From Bradymonadia bacterium (GTDB lineage Bacteria; Myxococcota_A; Bradymonadia; UBA7976; UBA1532), in assembly GCA_046290225.1 (NCBI GenBank), contig JBKAGE010000082.1, positions 128,001-192,000 on the forward strand: a stretch of DNA of 64,000 bases, written 5' to 3'. The notes beneath the pieces are model-generated. The model saw only the letters and a program-made list of their open reading frames with translations, had not been told where the DNA came from and did no database searches. Shown one piece after another: positions 40,478 to 51,043 of the stretch. Made by a program: the position numbers and the translations under genes. How positions within the stretch are numbered: the stretch's first letter is position 1; each line of letters starts with the position of its first letter.

Positions 40478-40525
40478 GTGCACTGTTCGGCGTGCACTGT
40501 TCGGCGTGCACTGTTCGGCGTGCAC
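40478..40525. repeat. 14-bp tandem repeat (about 3.4 copies)
   Basis: (GTGCACTGTTCGGC)x3 + GTGCAC between the two Hsp20 genes. Confidence 0.9.
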
Positions 40526-40535
40526 GGTGTGATGC

Positions 40536-40997
40536 TCATCCTGCAGAGATCACCTTGATCTGCTTGGGCTTCGACTCTGGGGCCTTGCCCACGGTGACGG
40601 TGAGCACCCCATTGTCGAACTGTGCCTTCGTCAGCTCCGGATCGACCTTCGCTGGCAGCGTGAAAGCCCGGCCGAGCTTGACGGCACGGCGCTCCTGGCG
40701 ATGGGTGGTGTACCCCTCGCGATGTGGCAACGCCCGCTCGGCCTTGATGGTGAGCACACCATCTTCGAGGCTGAGATCGATGCTCTCCGTTTGAATCCCC
40801 GGCAGATCGGCCTTCAGCTCGAAGGCCTCACCGGTGTCGTACAGTACAGCATGGAAAGGCATGGGCCGGCGCTGCTGCGATTTCGTCGACAGCTCCTCGT
40901 CGAGCACACGATCCATTCGGCGGCGCAGCTCTTCGAAGAAGTTGAAGGTCGGCTCGAGATCGGCCCAGTGCTCCAGGGTGTTCCAGCGATTGCGCAT
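40536..40997 (-). CDS. Small heat shock protein (Hsp20)
   Basis: ADLPG, GVLTI..ER, R.FTLP..VD, A.FDNGVLTV. Confidence 0.92.
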   Translation of the reverse strand: MRNRWNTLEHWADLEPTFNFFEELRRRMDRVLDEELSTKSQQRRPMPFHAVLYDTGEAFELKADLPGIQTESIDLSLEDGVLTIKAERALPHREGYTTHRQERRAVKLGRAFTLPAKVDPELTKAQFDNGVLTVTVGKAPESKPKQIKVISAG

Positions 40998-41230
40998 AAG
41001 AGTCTCCTATGGCTCTACACATGGCATCCCGCCCGTATAGAGGTGTTGATACATCTAAATGAGTTTGGGCACACAATGCCCTGCACATCAGCGGGTTACA
41101 CCGGTGAAGAGTTGGGGCCTGTGTATTGTTCGAGTATTTCCGTCGCGAGAATACAAGTAATCACTGCACAGAGCGCGTCAACACCTTGTGGTGATTTTTT
41201 TCATCGGAGAGGCATCATCGTGTTGTGCGC

Positions 41231-42250
41231 TCAACGCATCCAGCCGCTGATCAACCGACTCACCTCGGTCAGCTTCACCGGCTGCCCACCAGTGGGGTGA
41301 TGCCAGATCTCGAAGCGGGCCTTGTAGCTGTGGCCCCAGTCACCCTCGTACACCGTGAGCCCCACGGCGTACTTGAAGCGTAGATCCGGATCAGGCCCAT
41401 AACCCAGATGCCGTGTGGTGAGGGGTGTCATGCGCTGCTCGGAGAGCGCCTTGCCCACATCATCAGCACCGAGCTCCGGCGGGTTCTTGGCCACATCGGG
41501 CCCAGGGCCTTCGTAGATCACCTTGGTCCACACCGGGCCCGGAGATTTCAAGGGCACCCAGGCCTCGACCTCGTACATCCCCCCTTGCATCCCATCAGCG
41601 ACCTGAACCGAGATCTCCTGCGTGCGCGTCGAGCCCTCAGGGGTGAAGCCTGGTACGTAGCCGAGCTTCTTGAGCTTGTCTGCATGGCGCAGGGCCTCAG
41701 TCATCTCCTCGCACACCGACTTCACGGCATGCTCGGTGAAGGGTCGACCTTCGCCCTTGGATTGCTCAAACACATCCAACTTCACCCCTGCAGCGCCTTC
41801 GAGCACGGTGTAGCTGTTGCGGCCTGGCTGGTCGAGGTAGGTGGCGGCCTTGATCACGATGGGATCTTTGGGGTGCAGCCGAGCCCGTGTCACCTGCACC
41901 CCTCGCACATAATTCATCGGATGTCCCAGGCCGAGGCGCACTCTGGTCTGCACTACCTGAGAAGCATCGAAGTTGGTGTGGTGGCCAGATCTGATGCCGT
42001 ACGCATACCCAGGCCCCGGAGGCTTGGCCCACGTGGCGTACATCCCCTCTGTGTCTTCGCGTACTGACCAGTGGGCGCTGCTGCGCAGGTGGCGCTCCAA
42101 GGTGGCGCGTTGAGGCTCGGTGAGCAACTCGAGGGCTGCACACGAGAGTATGAGCGTGGTCTCGGTGGGTGGTGGTGCTTTTTTCTGAGGCCTCGGTGGG
42201 GTGCGATCAGAACGCTGGCACCCGCTGCTCATCAACGTGAGCAGACCCAA
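41231..42250 (-). CDS. Hypothetical lipoprotein
   Basis: Lipobox SSGC; C-terminal TVYEGDWG..Y.ARFEIW; true start may be slightly upstream. Confidence 0.65.
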   Translation of the reverse strand: MGLLTLMSSGCQRSDRTPPRPQKKAPPPTETTLILSCAALELLTEPQRATLERHLRSSAHWSVREDTEGMYATWAKPPGPGYAYGIRSGHHTNFDASQVVQTRVRLGLGHPMNYVRGVQVTRARLHPKDPIVIKAATYLDQPGRNSYTVLEGAAGVKLDVFEQSKGEGRPFTEHAVKSVCEEMTEALRHADKLKKLGYVPGFTPEGSTRTQEISVQVADGMQGGMYEVEAWVPLKSPGPVWTKVIYEGPGPDVAKNPPELGADDVGKALSEQRMTPLTTRHLGYGPDPDLRFKYAVGLTVYEGDWGHSYKARFEIWHHPTGGQPVKLTEVSRLISGWMR

Positions 42251-42276
42251 CAGCGCTACAAATCGGGACAGCCTGT

Positions 42277-42735
42277 TCAGGCGCCGGGCTTGAGGTAGAT
42301 CGCCAGGATCAAGATGCCGCCATCATGCTTCAGGCCTGCTTGATAGAAGACCTTGCGCATGGGGAGCCTCAAATCCACCTTCACCTTCTTCTGGGGCACC
42401 GAGAAGGTCACGTGGTGCAGCTTGGGATCTTTGGGATCAGGGCCGTTGTAGGCGAAGTTTGCAGCCCCCTTCTGCGAGGGCAACAACACCCGGGCCACCC
42501 CTGTGGGGTTGAGGGCGTATTCCGAGCGGCCCACCCGCTTGAAGCTCTTGTACTGGCTGAACGCCTTGGTGAGATCGTCCTTGATCGGCTTCAAGACCGG
42601 ATCGACCCCGCCATCACCGTTGGTGGCGTGAATCACCGAAATGGTCATCTCCACCGCCTCGGCGGCAGAAGCCTGGGTGACGAAGAGCATGGGCCACAGC
42701 GTCGCCAGGGCCAGCAGGAACGCCTTGCGGGTCAT
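42277..42735 (-). CDS. Hypothetical secreted protein in the ECF operon
   Basis: Signal peptide ending ASA; 1-nt overlap with the upstream gene. Confidence 0.7.
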   Translation of the reverse strand: MTRKAFLLALATLWPMLFVTQASAAEAVEMTISVIHATNGDGGVDPVLKPIKDDLTKAFSQYKSFKRVGRSEYALNPTGVARVLLPSQKGAANFAYNGPDPKDPKLHHVTFSVPQKKVKVDLRLPMRKVFYQAGLKHDGGILILAIYLKPGA

Positions 42736-43424
42736 CAGATCGGATCCTCTACTAGGGTGGCATCGTTCGTCGGTGCCTCGCTGCCGCCATCGAGCAGCCA
42801 GATCACCGTGGGGGCGTTGCCCTCGGACTGGTTGATGATCACGCGGTTCTCCCCATCGCTCTGTACCTCATCGACGACCACCTTGCCGACGGTCTTGAGC
42901 TCAGGTGCGGTGCGTGAGGGGGGCAACGCAGGGTTCGGCGCCGGCCGAAGCTTGGGCGCCTCGTTCTTCTGAACGTCGCTCTTGCCCGAGTTGTCGACAA
43001 TGGGCGCAGGCTGCGGACCCTGAGTGCCTTGCTGGCTCGCCCGGCCGATGAAGAACGCCACCGCGGCGGCAGCGCCGGCGGTGAGCAACACCGCAGGCAC
43101 GAGCCTCTGCCACCAGGGCTGCGCCGGCGCTTGAACGGGCACCTGCACAGGTACCTGCTCTACCGCTGCGGGCGCCACAGGCGCAGCCTCGGGGGCGCCC
43201 TCGGGCAGCTGGGCTTCGACCTTGGACCAGAGATCGCTGAAGTCGACCCCCTCGGTCATGGCCTCGAAGTGAGCCTTCACCGCCGTGCGGGTGGCCAGGA
43301 GATCGCGATGGGCCGCCTGCCACACCTCGTCGGAGGCCAGGGCCTGTTCGACCTCAGTGACCTCGTCGGCGGAGATCTCGCCGTCGAGGTATCGCTCGAG
43401 AAGTTGTAGATCCAGCTCGTTCAT
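42735..43424 (-). CDS. Anti-sigma factor (RseA-like, single TM)
   Basis: LERYLDGE N-terminus, TM segment, TVIWL C-terminal motif; ATGA overlap with the sigma gene. Confidence 0.8.
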   Translation of the reverse strand: MNELDLQLLERYLDGEISADEVTEVEQALASDEVWQAAHRDLLATRTAVKAHFEAMTEGVDFSDLWSKVEAQLPEGAPEAAPVAPAAVEQVPVQVPVQAPAQPWWQRLVPAVLLTAGAAAAVAFFIGRASQQGTQGPQPAPIVDNSGKSDVQKNEAPKLRPAPNPALPPSRTAPELKTVGKVVVDEVQSDGENRVIINQSEGNAPTVIWLLDGGSEAPTNDATLVEDPI

Positions 43425-44095
43425 GACCGCTTCCTCACCCCGGCTCCAGCCTGCTCTGCGAGCGTGCTGCCGGATGCCTCCAGGTAAGGTTTCAGGGCTT
43501 TCTGAAGATTCTTCCGCGCGTGGTGGAGACGGCTCATCACCGTGCCCAGATGGCAATCCATCACCTCGGCGATCTCTTCATAGCTCAGCCCATCGACCTC
43601 CCGGAGGAGAATGATGGTGCGATGGTTCTCGCTCAGCGTGTTGAGCGCCTCATCGAGTGCCTGTGCCAGCTCCTGCTGGGCAAAAGCGTGTCCCGGGTGC
43701 ATTTGACGGGTGTTCCCCGAAAGCTGCACACCGTTGACGCTATCTTCTTCACGGCCGATGCGGTCGTCGTATTCAACACCTTTGAACCGACCATGCTTGC
43801 GGCGATGGTCGATGCAGAGATTGACGACGATGCGGTAAAGCCAGGTGTAAAAAGAAGAATCGCCTTTGAACTGGCCAATCTTCCGGTACACCTTGACGAA
43901 CGCTTCCTGCGTGGCGTCCATCGCGTCTTCAGGGTGCTTGAGCACCCCCATTGCGATGGCGAAAACCCGCCGTTGGTAACGCTCGACAAGTTGCTTGTAC
44001 GCCTGGCGATCACCCTCCTTGCATCGCTGTACGAGTTCCTGATCGCTGGTTTCCAAAAAAACCTCCGGCCCGGACGCCGCGGTGAGGTCCATCAT
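43421..44095 (-). CDS. rpoE: ECF sigma factor, RpoE-like
   Basis: DQELV.R...GD..AY..LV.RYQ, F.GDSSFYTWLYRI, LREVDGLSYEEIA......GTVMSRLHHAR. Confidence 0.9.
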   Translation of the reverse strand: MMDLTAASGPEVFLETSDQELVQRCKEGDRQAYKQLVERYQRRVFAIAMGVLKHPEDAMDATQEAFVKVYRKIGQFKGDSSFYTWLYRIVVNLCIDHRRKHGRFKGVEYDDRIGREEDSVNGVQLSGNTRQMHPGHAFAQQELAQALDEALNTLSENHRTIILLREVDGLSYEEIAEVMDCHLGTVMSRLHHARKNLQKALKPYLEASGSTLAEQAGAGVRKRS

Positions 44096-44241
44096 TCACG
44101 GGCGGTGCATATTAATTCGAAGAGCGGTGAAAAACTCTGACTTCCACCAGAACCGCCTGGATGAGGCTCTAACATCCATCAGCGTCATCGACAAGTCGGG
44201 AGACCTCGACACATCACTGAGCATCGCTGTTGAGAATTGGT

Positions 44242-44268
44242 GGAACTTTTCCGAAGGTCGTTCGTGTT
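44242..44268 (+). promoter_or_regulatory. Putative sigma-E-type promoter for the DUF4175/MoxR operon
   Basis: GGAAC(TT)-N16-CGTGTT about 60 bp before ATG 44328. Confidence 0.35.
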
Positions 44269-44327
44269 GACTCTCTCGCGCCTCGTGCGCATCTGCAGCT
44301 TCGAGATCTTGCCCTAGAGGTCCCTTC

Positions 44328-47300
44328 ATGCCGCCCAGACCCTCTTCTTTCGAGCAGATCGCCGATCTCATCCGGCAGACCCGCGGCCGTTTGAGGGCGC
44401 GCGCCTGCCTCATCGCCGCGGCGTGGGCCCTCGTGGCCCTCGTGGCCGTGAGCGCTGCCGTGGTCATCACGGGCGCCTTCATCGCTCAGGGTGGCGGGCT
44501 GCGGGCAGGGGCCATCGTCGCCCTGTCGGTGGCGCTGCTCGTCGTGAGCGTGCGTTTTCTCTGGCGACCCTGGCGACAGTGGAGGGGTGACGACGCCGTC
44601 GCCGAGCACCTCGAGCAGGGGGTGCCCACCCTCAGAGACGGCCTCCGAGCGTCGATCCAGTTCGGCGCCCAGTGGGGCCAGAGCGATGATGATCCCCAGA
44701 TGGTGGCGGCCCTCGCCGACTCCGTCGTCGCCGAGCTTGGGCAGCGCGATCTCCGCCCGGTGACCCCCATGGCCCCGGCGAAGCGCCCGTGGATGATCGC
44801 CAGCGGCGCATTGGTGGCCGCACTGACTCTGGCCCTCGTGTTCCCCGGGGTGGTGCGCAAGGGCTTCGCCGCCCTCGCCCCAAGCCCGGAGATCGACGGC
44901 GCCAAGGTCACCGGACCGCTGGTGGGTGATCTCACCATCAAGCTCATCTACCCCGACTACACCGGCCGCCCTGATCGCCTGATCCCCAACACCTCAGGTG
45001 ACTTCGAGGCGCCCAAGGGCACCCGCGTTCAGGTCTCGGCCACGACGCTGGCCCCTGCCCAAGCGGTCTTCATCCGCTTTGGTGAGCTCCCTCAGGAAGG
45101 TGAAGACGCCACTGATGATGCTGCCGAGACGCCTGAAACCTCCGAGGCCGATGAAGGCGCGACAGACGACTCGCAAAAGTCAGCCGTAGGAGCCGAGATC
45201 CCCCTCACCCTCTCGGAAGGTCGCGACGCCACGGGCGAGTTCGTAGTCACCGAGGCGGGCCGGTGGCGGTTCACCGTCGTCGACGCCAAGGGCGACAGCC
45301 TCGTCGAGGGCGTGAAGCGCCGCATCAAGCTTGAGGCCGACCGGGAGCCCCACGTGGAGCTGAAGCTGCCCGAGGCCGACATGGAGATCGACGATCTGCA
45401 GTCGTTCCCCGTGGTGTGGTCTGCCAACGACGACTTCGGCATGACCAAGGCCAACGTGGTGCTCTCCCTCGCCGCTGATCCGGAGCACCCGGAGAAGATC
45501 CCTCAGCCCAGAGTGGCCGGGACCCGAGTCCGGGGCGAAGACGAGGTCGATCTCAGTGTCATCCAGGCCCAACCGGGGGATCGCATCGCCCTCACCGTCG
45601 AAGTCTTCGACAACAACACCGTCGATGGCCCTCAGCGGGGCGTCTCGGTGACCCGCTACATCACCATCAACTCACCAGAGGCCAAGCATTTCGAGATCTC
45701 CGACAAGCTGCGGGCCCTCGTGGACCAGTTCGTCGACGTGCTCGCCGATCGCCTTGAGGTCGACCTGCAGGCCCCAGGCGAGGTACCAGTGCCCGGGCGC
45801 GTCGACGCCCTCATCGGGGTCACCACCGCTGCAGCGAACGCCCTGGGTGATCTGCTCTCGGAGATGGTGGACGATCCGCTGACCCCCAAAGAGGTGCGCC
45901 TCGCTCTGCTGGGCCGCCTCGGTGAGCTGGAGAAGGCGGTCGACCTTGAGCAACAGGTGCTCGCCCAGCAGCGAGACGCGTTGGAGCAGCAAGCGGCCCC
46001 CGCAGTGCGCCGGCAGGCGAAGAAGAACGAGCAGGTCATCGACAAGGTCGAGCAGACCATCTTGCTGCTCGAGGCCATGGTGGCCCGCCTGGCCATCGAA
46101 GATCTCATGGCCATCAAAGACCGGATCCAGGCCGACAAAGAGAACCTTCGGCAGCTCATCGAGGAGTACAAGAAGAACCCCGACGACCAGCTCAAAGCCC
46201 GCATCATGCGGGAGATCCAACGCCTCAAGCAGCGCATCGACGAGATGCGGGCCCGCATGGCCCAGATGCGCCAGAAGCTGCCCGAGGAGTTCCTGAACCT
46301 CGACGGTCTCAAGAACGACGAGATGACCGACGGCCTCAAGGACTCGAAGGACGCTCTGTCAGAGATGGAGAAGATGCTCGAGGAGGGCAACATCGAGGAT
46401 GCCCTCAAGGCCCTCGAGGAGATGACCCAGGCCCTCGATGACATCACCAAGGCCCTCGACCAGGACTTCCAGGAGTTGCACTCGGAGACCAACCCCGAGA
46501 TGCAGCGGGCCATCAACGAGCTGATGGATCAGACCCGCGATCTGATGAAGCAGCAGGAGAAGATCCAGCAGGAGACCGACGAGGCGGCGAAGGCCCAGGC
46601 AGAGGCCCAGCGCAAGCTGCTCGAAGAGCAGATGAAGGCGCAGATGGACCGCATCAAGCAGCGGGCGAAGCGCCTCGAAGAGCTGGCGAAGGACATCGAC
46701 GGTCGCCGTATGCCGAGCTACCAGCAAGAAGATCTCAACGCCCTGCGCCAGCGGGCAGACGATCTCAAGGGCGCCCTGGACCGCGAGGCCCTCATGGAGG
46801 CCCTCGAGATGGCGGAGCGCAGCGCCGATCACCTCGACACCCTGGAGCGCCTGGAGCGCAACCGGGGGCCCATGAACACCGAGGGCAACAAGAGCAAGAT
46901 CATGCAGGGCAAGGGGGTGAACGAGCTGATCATCCAGGATCTGTCCGAGATTCTGGAGCAGGCTCAGCGCATGGCCCAGCAGTCTCAAGACCAGGAGCAG
47001 ATGCAGCAGATGTCCCAGCGCCAGCAGCGCCTGGGCCAGCAGGCGCAGCGGCTGCAACAGCGCATCCAGCGTCGCCGCCAGCAGGCCCCGAGCATGCCCG
47101 GCGACGCCGAGGAGCGCGCTCAGCGTGCTGGTGATGCCATGCGCCGTGCAGGCCAGCGCCTGGGCCAGGGCAAGCCCCGACAGGCTCAATCGGAGCAGCA
47201 GCAGGCCATGAACGAGCTCAAGGGGCTGATGAAAGACATGCAGCAGTCGCTCAAGCCCCAGCGGGCGGAGCGCCCCGGCCAGCAGCAACAGCAGGGCCGG

Positions 47301-47456
47301 CGGGGCACCCGGAACGACAAGGTGCGCATCCCCGGGGCCGACGAGTACCAGGCCCCGGCGGAGTTCCGTCAGGAGCTGCTCGAGGCCATGAAGGATCGCG
47401 CCCCGGAGGCGTACGAGGAGCAGGTCCGTCGCTACTACGAATCTCTGGTGCAGTGA
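44328..47456 (+). CDS. DUF4175-like membrane protein with long Gln-rich coiled coil
   Basis: Three N-terminal TMs, YPDYTG, A.DDFG, coiled coil, terminal P..Y...VRRYYESL. Confidence 0.75.
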   Translation: MPPRPSSFEQIADLIRQTRGRLRARACLIAAAWALVALVAVSAAVVITGAFIAQGGGLRAGAIVALSVALLVVSVRFLWRPWRQWRGDDAVAEHLEQGVPTLRDGLRASIQFGAQWGQSDDDPQMVAALADSVVAELGQRDLRPVTPMAPAKRPWMIASGALVAALTLALVFPGVVRKGFAALAPSPEIDGAKVTGPLVGDLTIKLIYPDYTGRPDRLIPNTSGDFEAPKGTRVQVSATTLAPAQAVFIRFGELPQEGEDATDDAAETPETSEADEGATDDSQKSAVGAEIPLTLSEGRDATGEFVVTEAGRWRFTVVDAKGDSLVEGVKRRIKLEADREPHVELKLPEADMEIDDLQSFPVVWSANDDFGMTKANVVLSLAADPEHPEKIPQPRVAGTRVRGEDEVDLSVIQAQPGDRIALTVEVFDNNTVDGPQRGVSVTRYITINSPEAKHFEISDKLRALVDQFVDVLADRLEVDLQAPGEVPVPGRVDALIGVTTAAANALGDLLSEMVDDPLTPKEVRLALLGRLGELEKAVDLEQQVLAQQRDALEQQAAPAVRRQAKKNEQVIDKVEQTILLLEAMVARLAIEDLMAIKDRIQADKENLRQLIEEYKKNPDDQLKARIMREIQRLKQRIDEMRARMAQMRQKLPEEFLNLDGLKNDEMTDGLKDSKDALSEMEKMLEEGNIEDALKALEEMTQALDDITKALDQDFQELHSETNPEMQRAINELMDQTRDLMKQQEKIQQETDEAAKAQAEAQRKLLEEQMKAQMDRIKQRAKRLEELAKDIDGRRMPSYQQEDLNALRQRADDLKGALDREALMEALEMAERSADHLDTLERLERNRGPMNTEGNKSKIMQGKGVNELIIQDLSEILEQAQRMAQQSQDQEQMQQMSQRQQRLGQQAQRLQQRIQRRRQQAPSMPGDAEERAQRAGDAMRRAGQRLGQGKPRQAQSEQQQAMNELKGLMKDMQQSLKPQRAERPGQQQQQGRRGTRNDKVRIPGADEYQAPAEFRQELLEAMKDRAPEAYEEQVRRYYESLVQ

Positions 47457-47457
47457 G

Positions 47458-49100
47458 GTGGGCTCGATGAACGCGAATCGATCGACGGGCGCCTTGGGCA
47501 AAGCCCTACCAGCAGTGCTGACGGCCATGCTCATGGTGTTGAGCCTGAACACCTCGGCCCACGCCGTGAGCATGGACACGCTCAAAGAGCTGCACAACCT
47601 GGTCACCGACTGGCAGGTGGCTGAGGCCCGCAGGCGCCTCGAGCCCCTGAAGGCCGAGAGCCCCGAGGACTGGGATCTGGGCTTCGTCGAGGCCCGGCTG
47701 CTCTTCTTCGAGGGCAGATACGGTGAGTCGAAGGTGCTGCTCGAGAGCCTCGGGGATAGCCTGTCGGGCTCCACCGATCCCGAGGCCATCGGCCGCGTGG
47801 CCAGCATGATGGACTTTCGCAAGCTGGTCACCGAGACCCACGAGGCCCTCAAGGACTTCGACGAGTTCACCACCGAAGATGGTCGCTTCACGGTGCGCTA
47901 CAAGGGCCGCGACGAGATCATGGTGCCCTGGCTCGTCGACGTGCTGCGCAAGGCCGACGCCGCCTTCACCGCGGACTTCGACTTCAAGCCCGAGGGCCGG
48001 GTGCTCGTAGAGCTGTACCCGCAGATCAACTACCTCGCCAAGGTGAGCCCCCTCACCGAAGAAGACATCGAGACCAGCGGCACCATCGCCCTGTGCAAGT
48101 ACAACCGGCTCATGTTCACCAGCCCCCGGGCCCTGGTCCGCGGGTACGGATGGCGCGACACCGTCTCCCACGAGTTCGTGCACTACTACATCACCCACGT
48201 GAGCCGGAACTCGGTGCCCATCTGGCTGCACGAAGGCATCGCCAAGTTCGAAGAGGCCCGGTGGCGCGCCGATCCGGGCCTGCCCCTCGATCCGCCACAA
48301 GAAGACCTGCTGGCCCGCTCGCTCAAGGCCGACAAGCTGGTCACGTTCCAGCAGATGCACCCCTCCATGGCCAAACTGCCGAGCCAGGAGGCCGCCTCGC
48401 TGGCCTACGCCGAGGTGCACACCGTCATCAACTACCTGTACGGCAAGTCGGGCTATGGCGGCCTGAACACGCTGCTGGCGGCCCTCAAGTCAGGGCAGGA
48501 CATGAACGGCGCGCTGACCACGGCCTACGGCGTCGATCTCGACGGCCTGTGGAAGGTCTGGAAGAAGTACATGAAGCGCCAGGGGCTCAAGACCTACCCG
48601 GGCCTCGTGCAGACCTCGCTCAAGTTCAAGCGCCCCGGTGAAGAGGCGAAGCCCGGCGAGGAGCCGGAGATCGACTTCAGCACCATCAGCGAGAAGAAGA
48701 TCAAGGACTTCACCCACCTCGGGGAGCTGCTCCGGGCCCGTGGTCGCCACACGGGGGCCATCAAGGAATACGAGAAAGCCATCGCCCTGGGCGGAGACGG
48801 CAACCCCGTGATCCAGAACAGCGTGGCCAAGTCGCTCATCGCCGTGGGGCGCCACAACGAGGTGCCCGCGGCCCTGGAGCGGGTGAGATCGTACTACCCG
48901 ACGTTCTTGACCACCTTCATGAACCTGGGCGAAGCCCATCTACACCAGGATCAGGTGAGCGAGGCCCTCGAGGCCTTCGAGAACGCCCTGGGCATCAACC
49001 CCTTCCACCCCCGGGTTCACGAGGCCCTGACGGGGCTCTACGAAAAAGCAGGGCGCGCCGAAGAAGCCGCTCGATCCCGAAAAGCACTGGAGACTCTCAA

Positions 49101-49104
<4 letters not shown>
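47458..49104 (+). CDS. Peptidase MA-like zinc metallopeptidase with TPR repeats
   Basis: Signal peptide; HEFVH...PIWLHEGIA; C-terminal TPRs. Confidence 0.8.
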
Positions 49105-50119
<1,015 letters not shown>

Positions 50120-50123
<4 letters not shown>

Positions 50124-51043
50124 GCGACAAAGCCCGCAAAGCCGAGCGCCAGGTGGTGGACTCGGCGCTGCTGGCTCGGGTGGCCGGCCTCGGCCTCACC
50201 GCCGCTCAGCTCGCCGAGGGCACGATGACGGGCCTGCACAAGAGCCCCCGTCACGGCGCCAGCGTGGAGTTCGCCCAGCACCGGGAGTACGTGCCTGGGG
50301 ACGAGCTGAAGCACCTGGACTGGAAGGCGGTGGCCAAGAGCGACAAGTATTACGTCAAGCAATACGAAGACGAGACCAACCTGCGCACCTTCTTGCTCGT
50401 GGACACGTCGGCGAGCATGAACTACGCCCGCAAGGGCCTGCCCACCAAGCTCGAGTATGCGTCGCAGATGGCCACCGCGCTGGCCTACACCCTGCTCCGG
50501 CAAGGCGACGCCGTGGGGCTGCTCACCTTCGCCAACGGCCTGGGCCATTACGTGCCCCCACGAGCCCGACCTGATCACTTCTGGCAGCTCGCCCGCACCC
50601 TGGAGCGGGCCGAGATCGAGAAGGGCACTGATCTGGTGCGCCCGCTGGAGCACATCGCCGAGGTCGGTGGCCGACGTGGTCTGGTGTTGATCTTCTCCGA
50701 CGCCATGGATTTTCGGGATCAAGTCGCAGCCTTGTCCCGACAGCTTCGGCGCCGGCATCAGGTGGCGTTCTTTCACGTGCTCGATCCCGACGAGCTCGAG
50801 TTCCCCTTCGACGAGCTTACCCTCTTCGAAGGCCTCGAAGAGGACGAGAGGCTGCTGGCCGATCCGAGGGCGATGAAGGAGCAGTACCTGATCGAGATGC
50901 GCGACTTCTGCGCCAACCTGAAGCGCGATCTCGCCGAGGGTGACGTACGCTACACGCGTGTGCGCACCGACGAGCCCCCGGAGCGCACCCTGCTCAGCTT
51001 CCTCGCCGGCCCCGGTCGTCGATCTGGAGCCTCACACCCATGA
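50120..51043 (+). CDS. DUF58 (VWA-like) protein
   Basis: G.H.S...G.SVEFAQHREY.PGD....DWK, EDETN, DTSASM. Confidence 0.92.
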
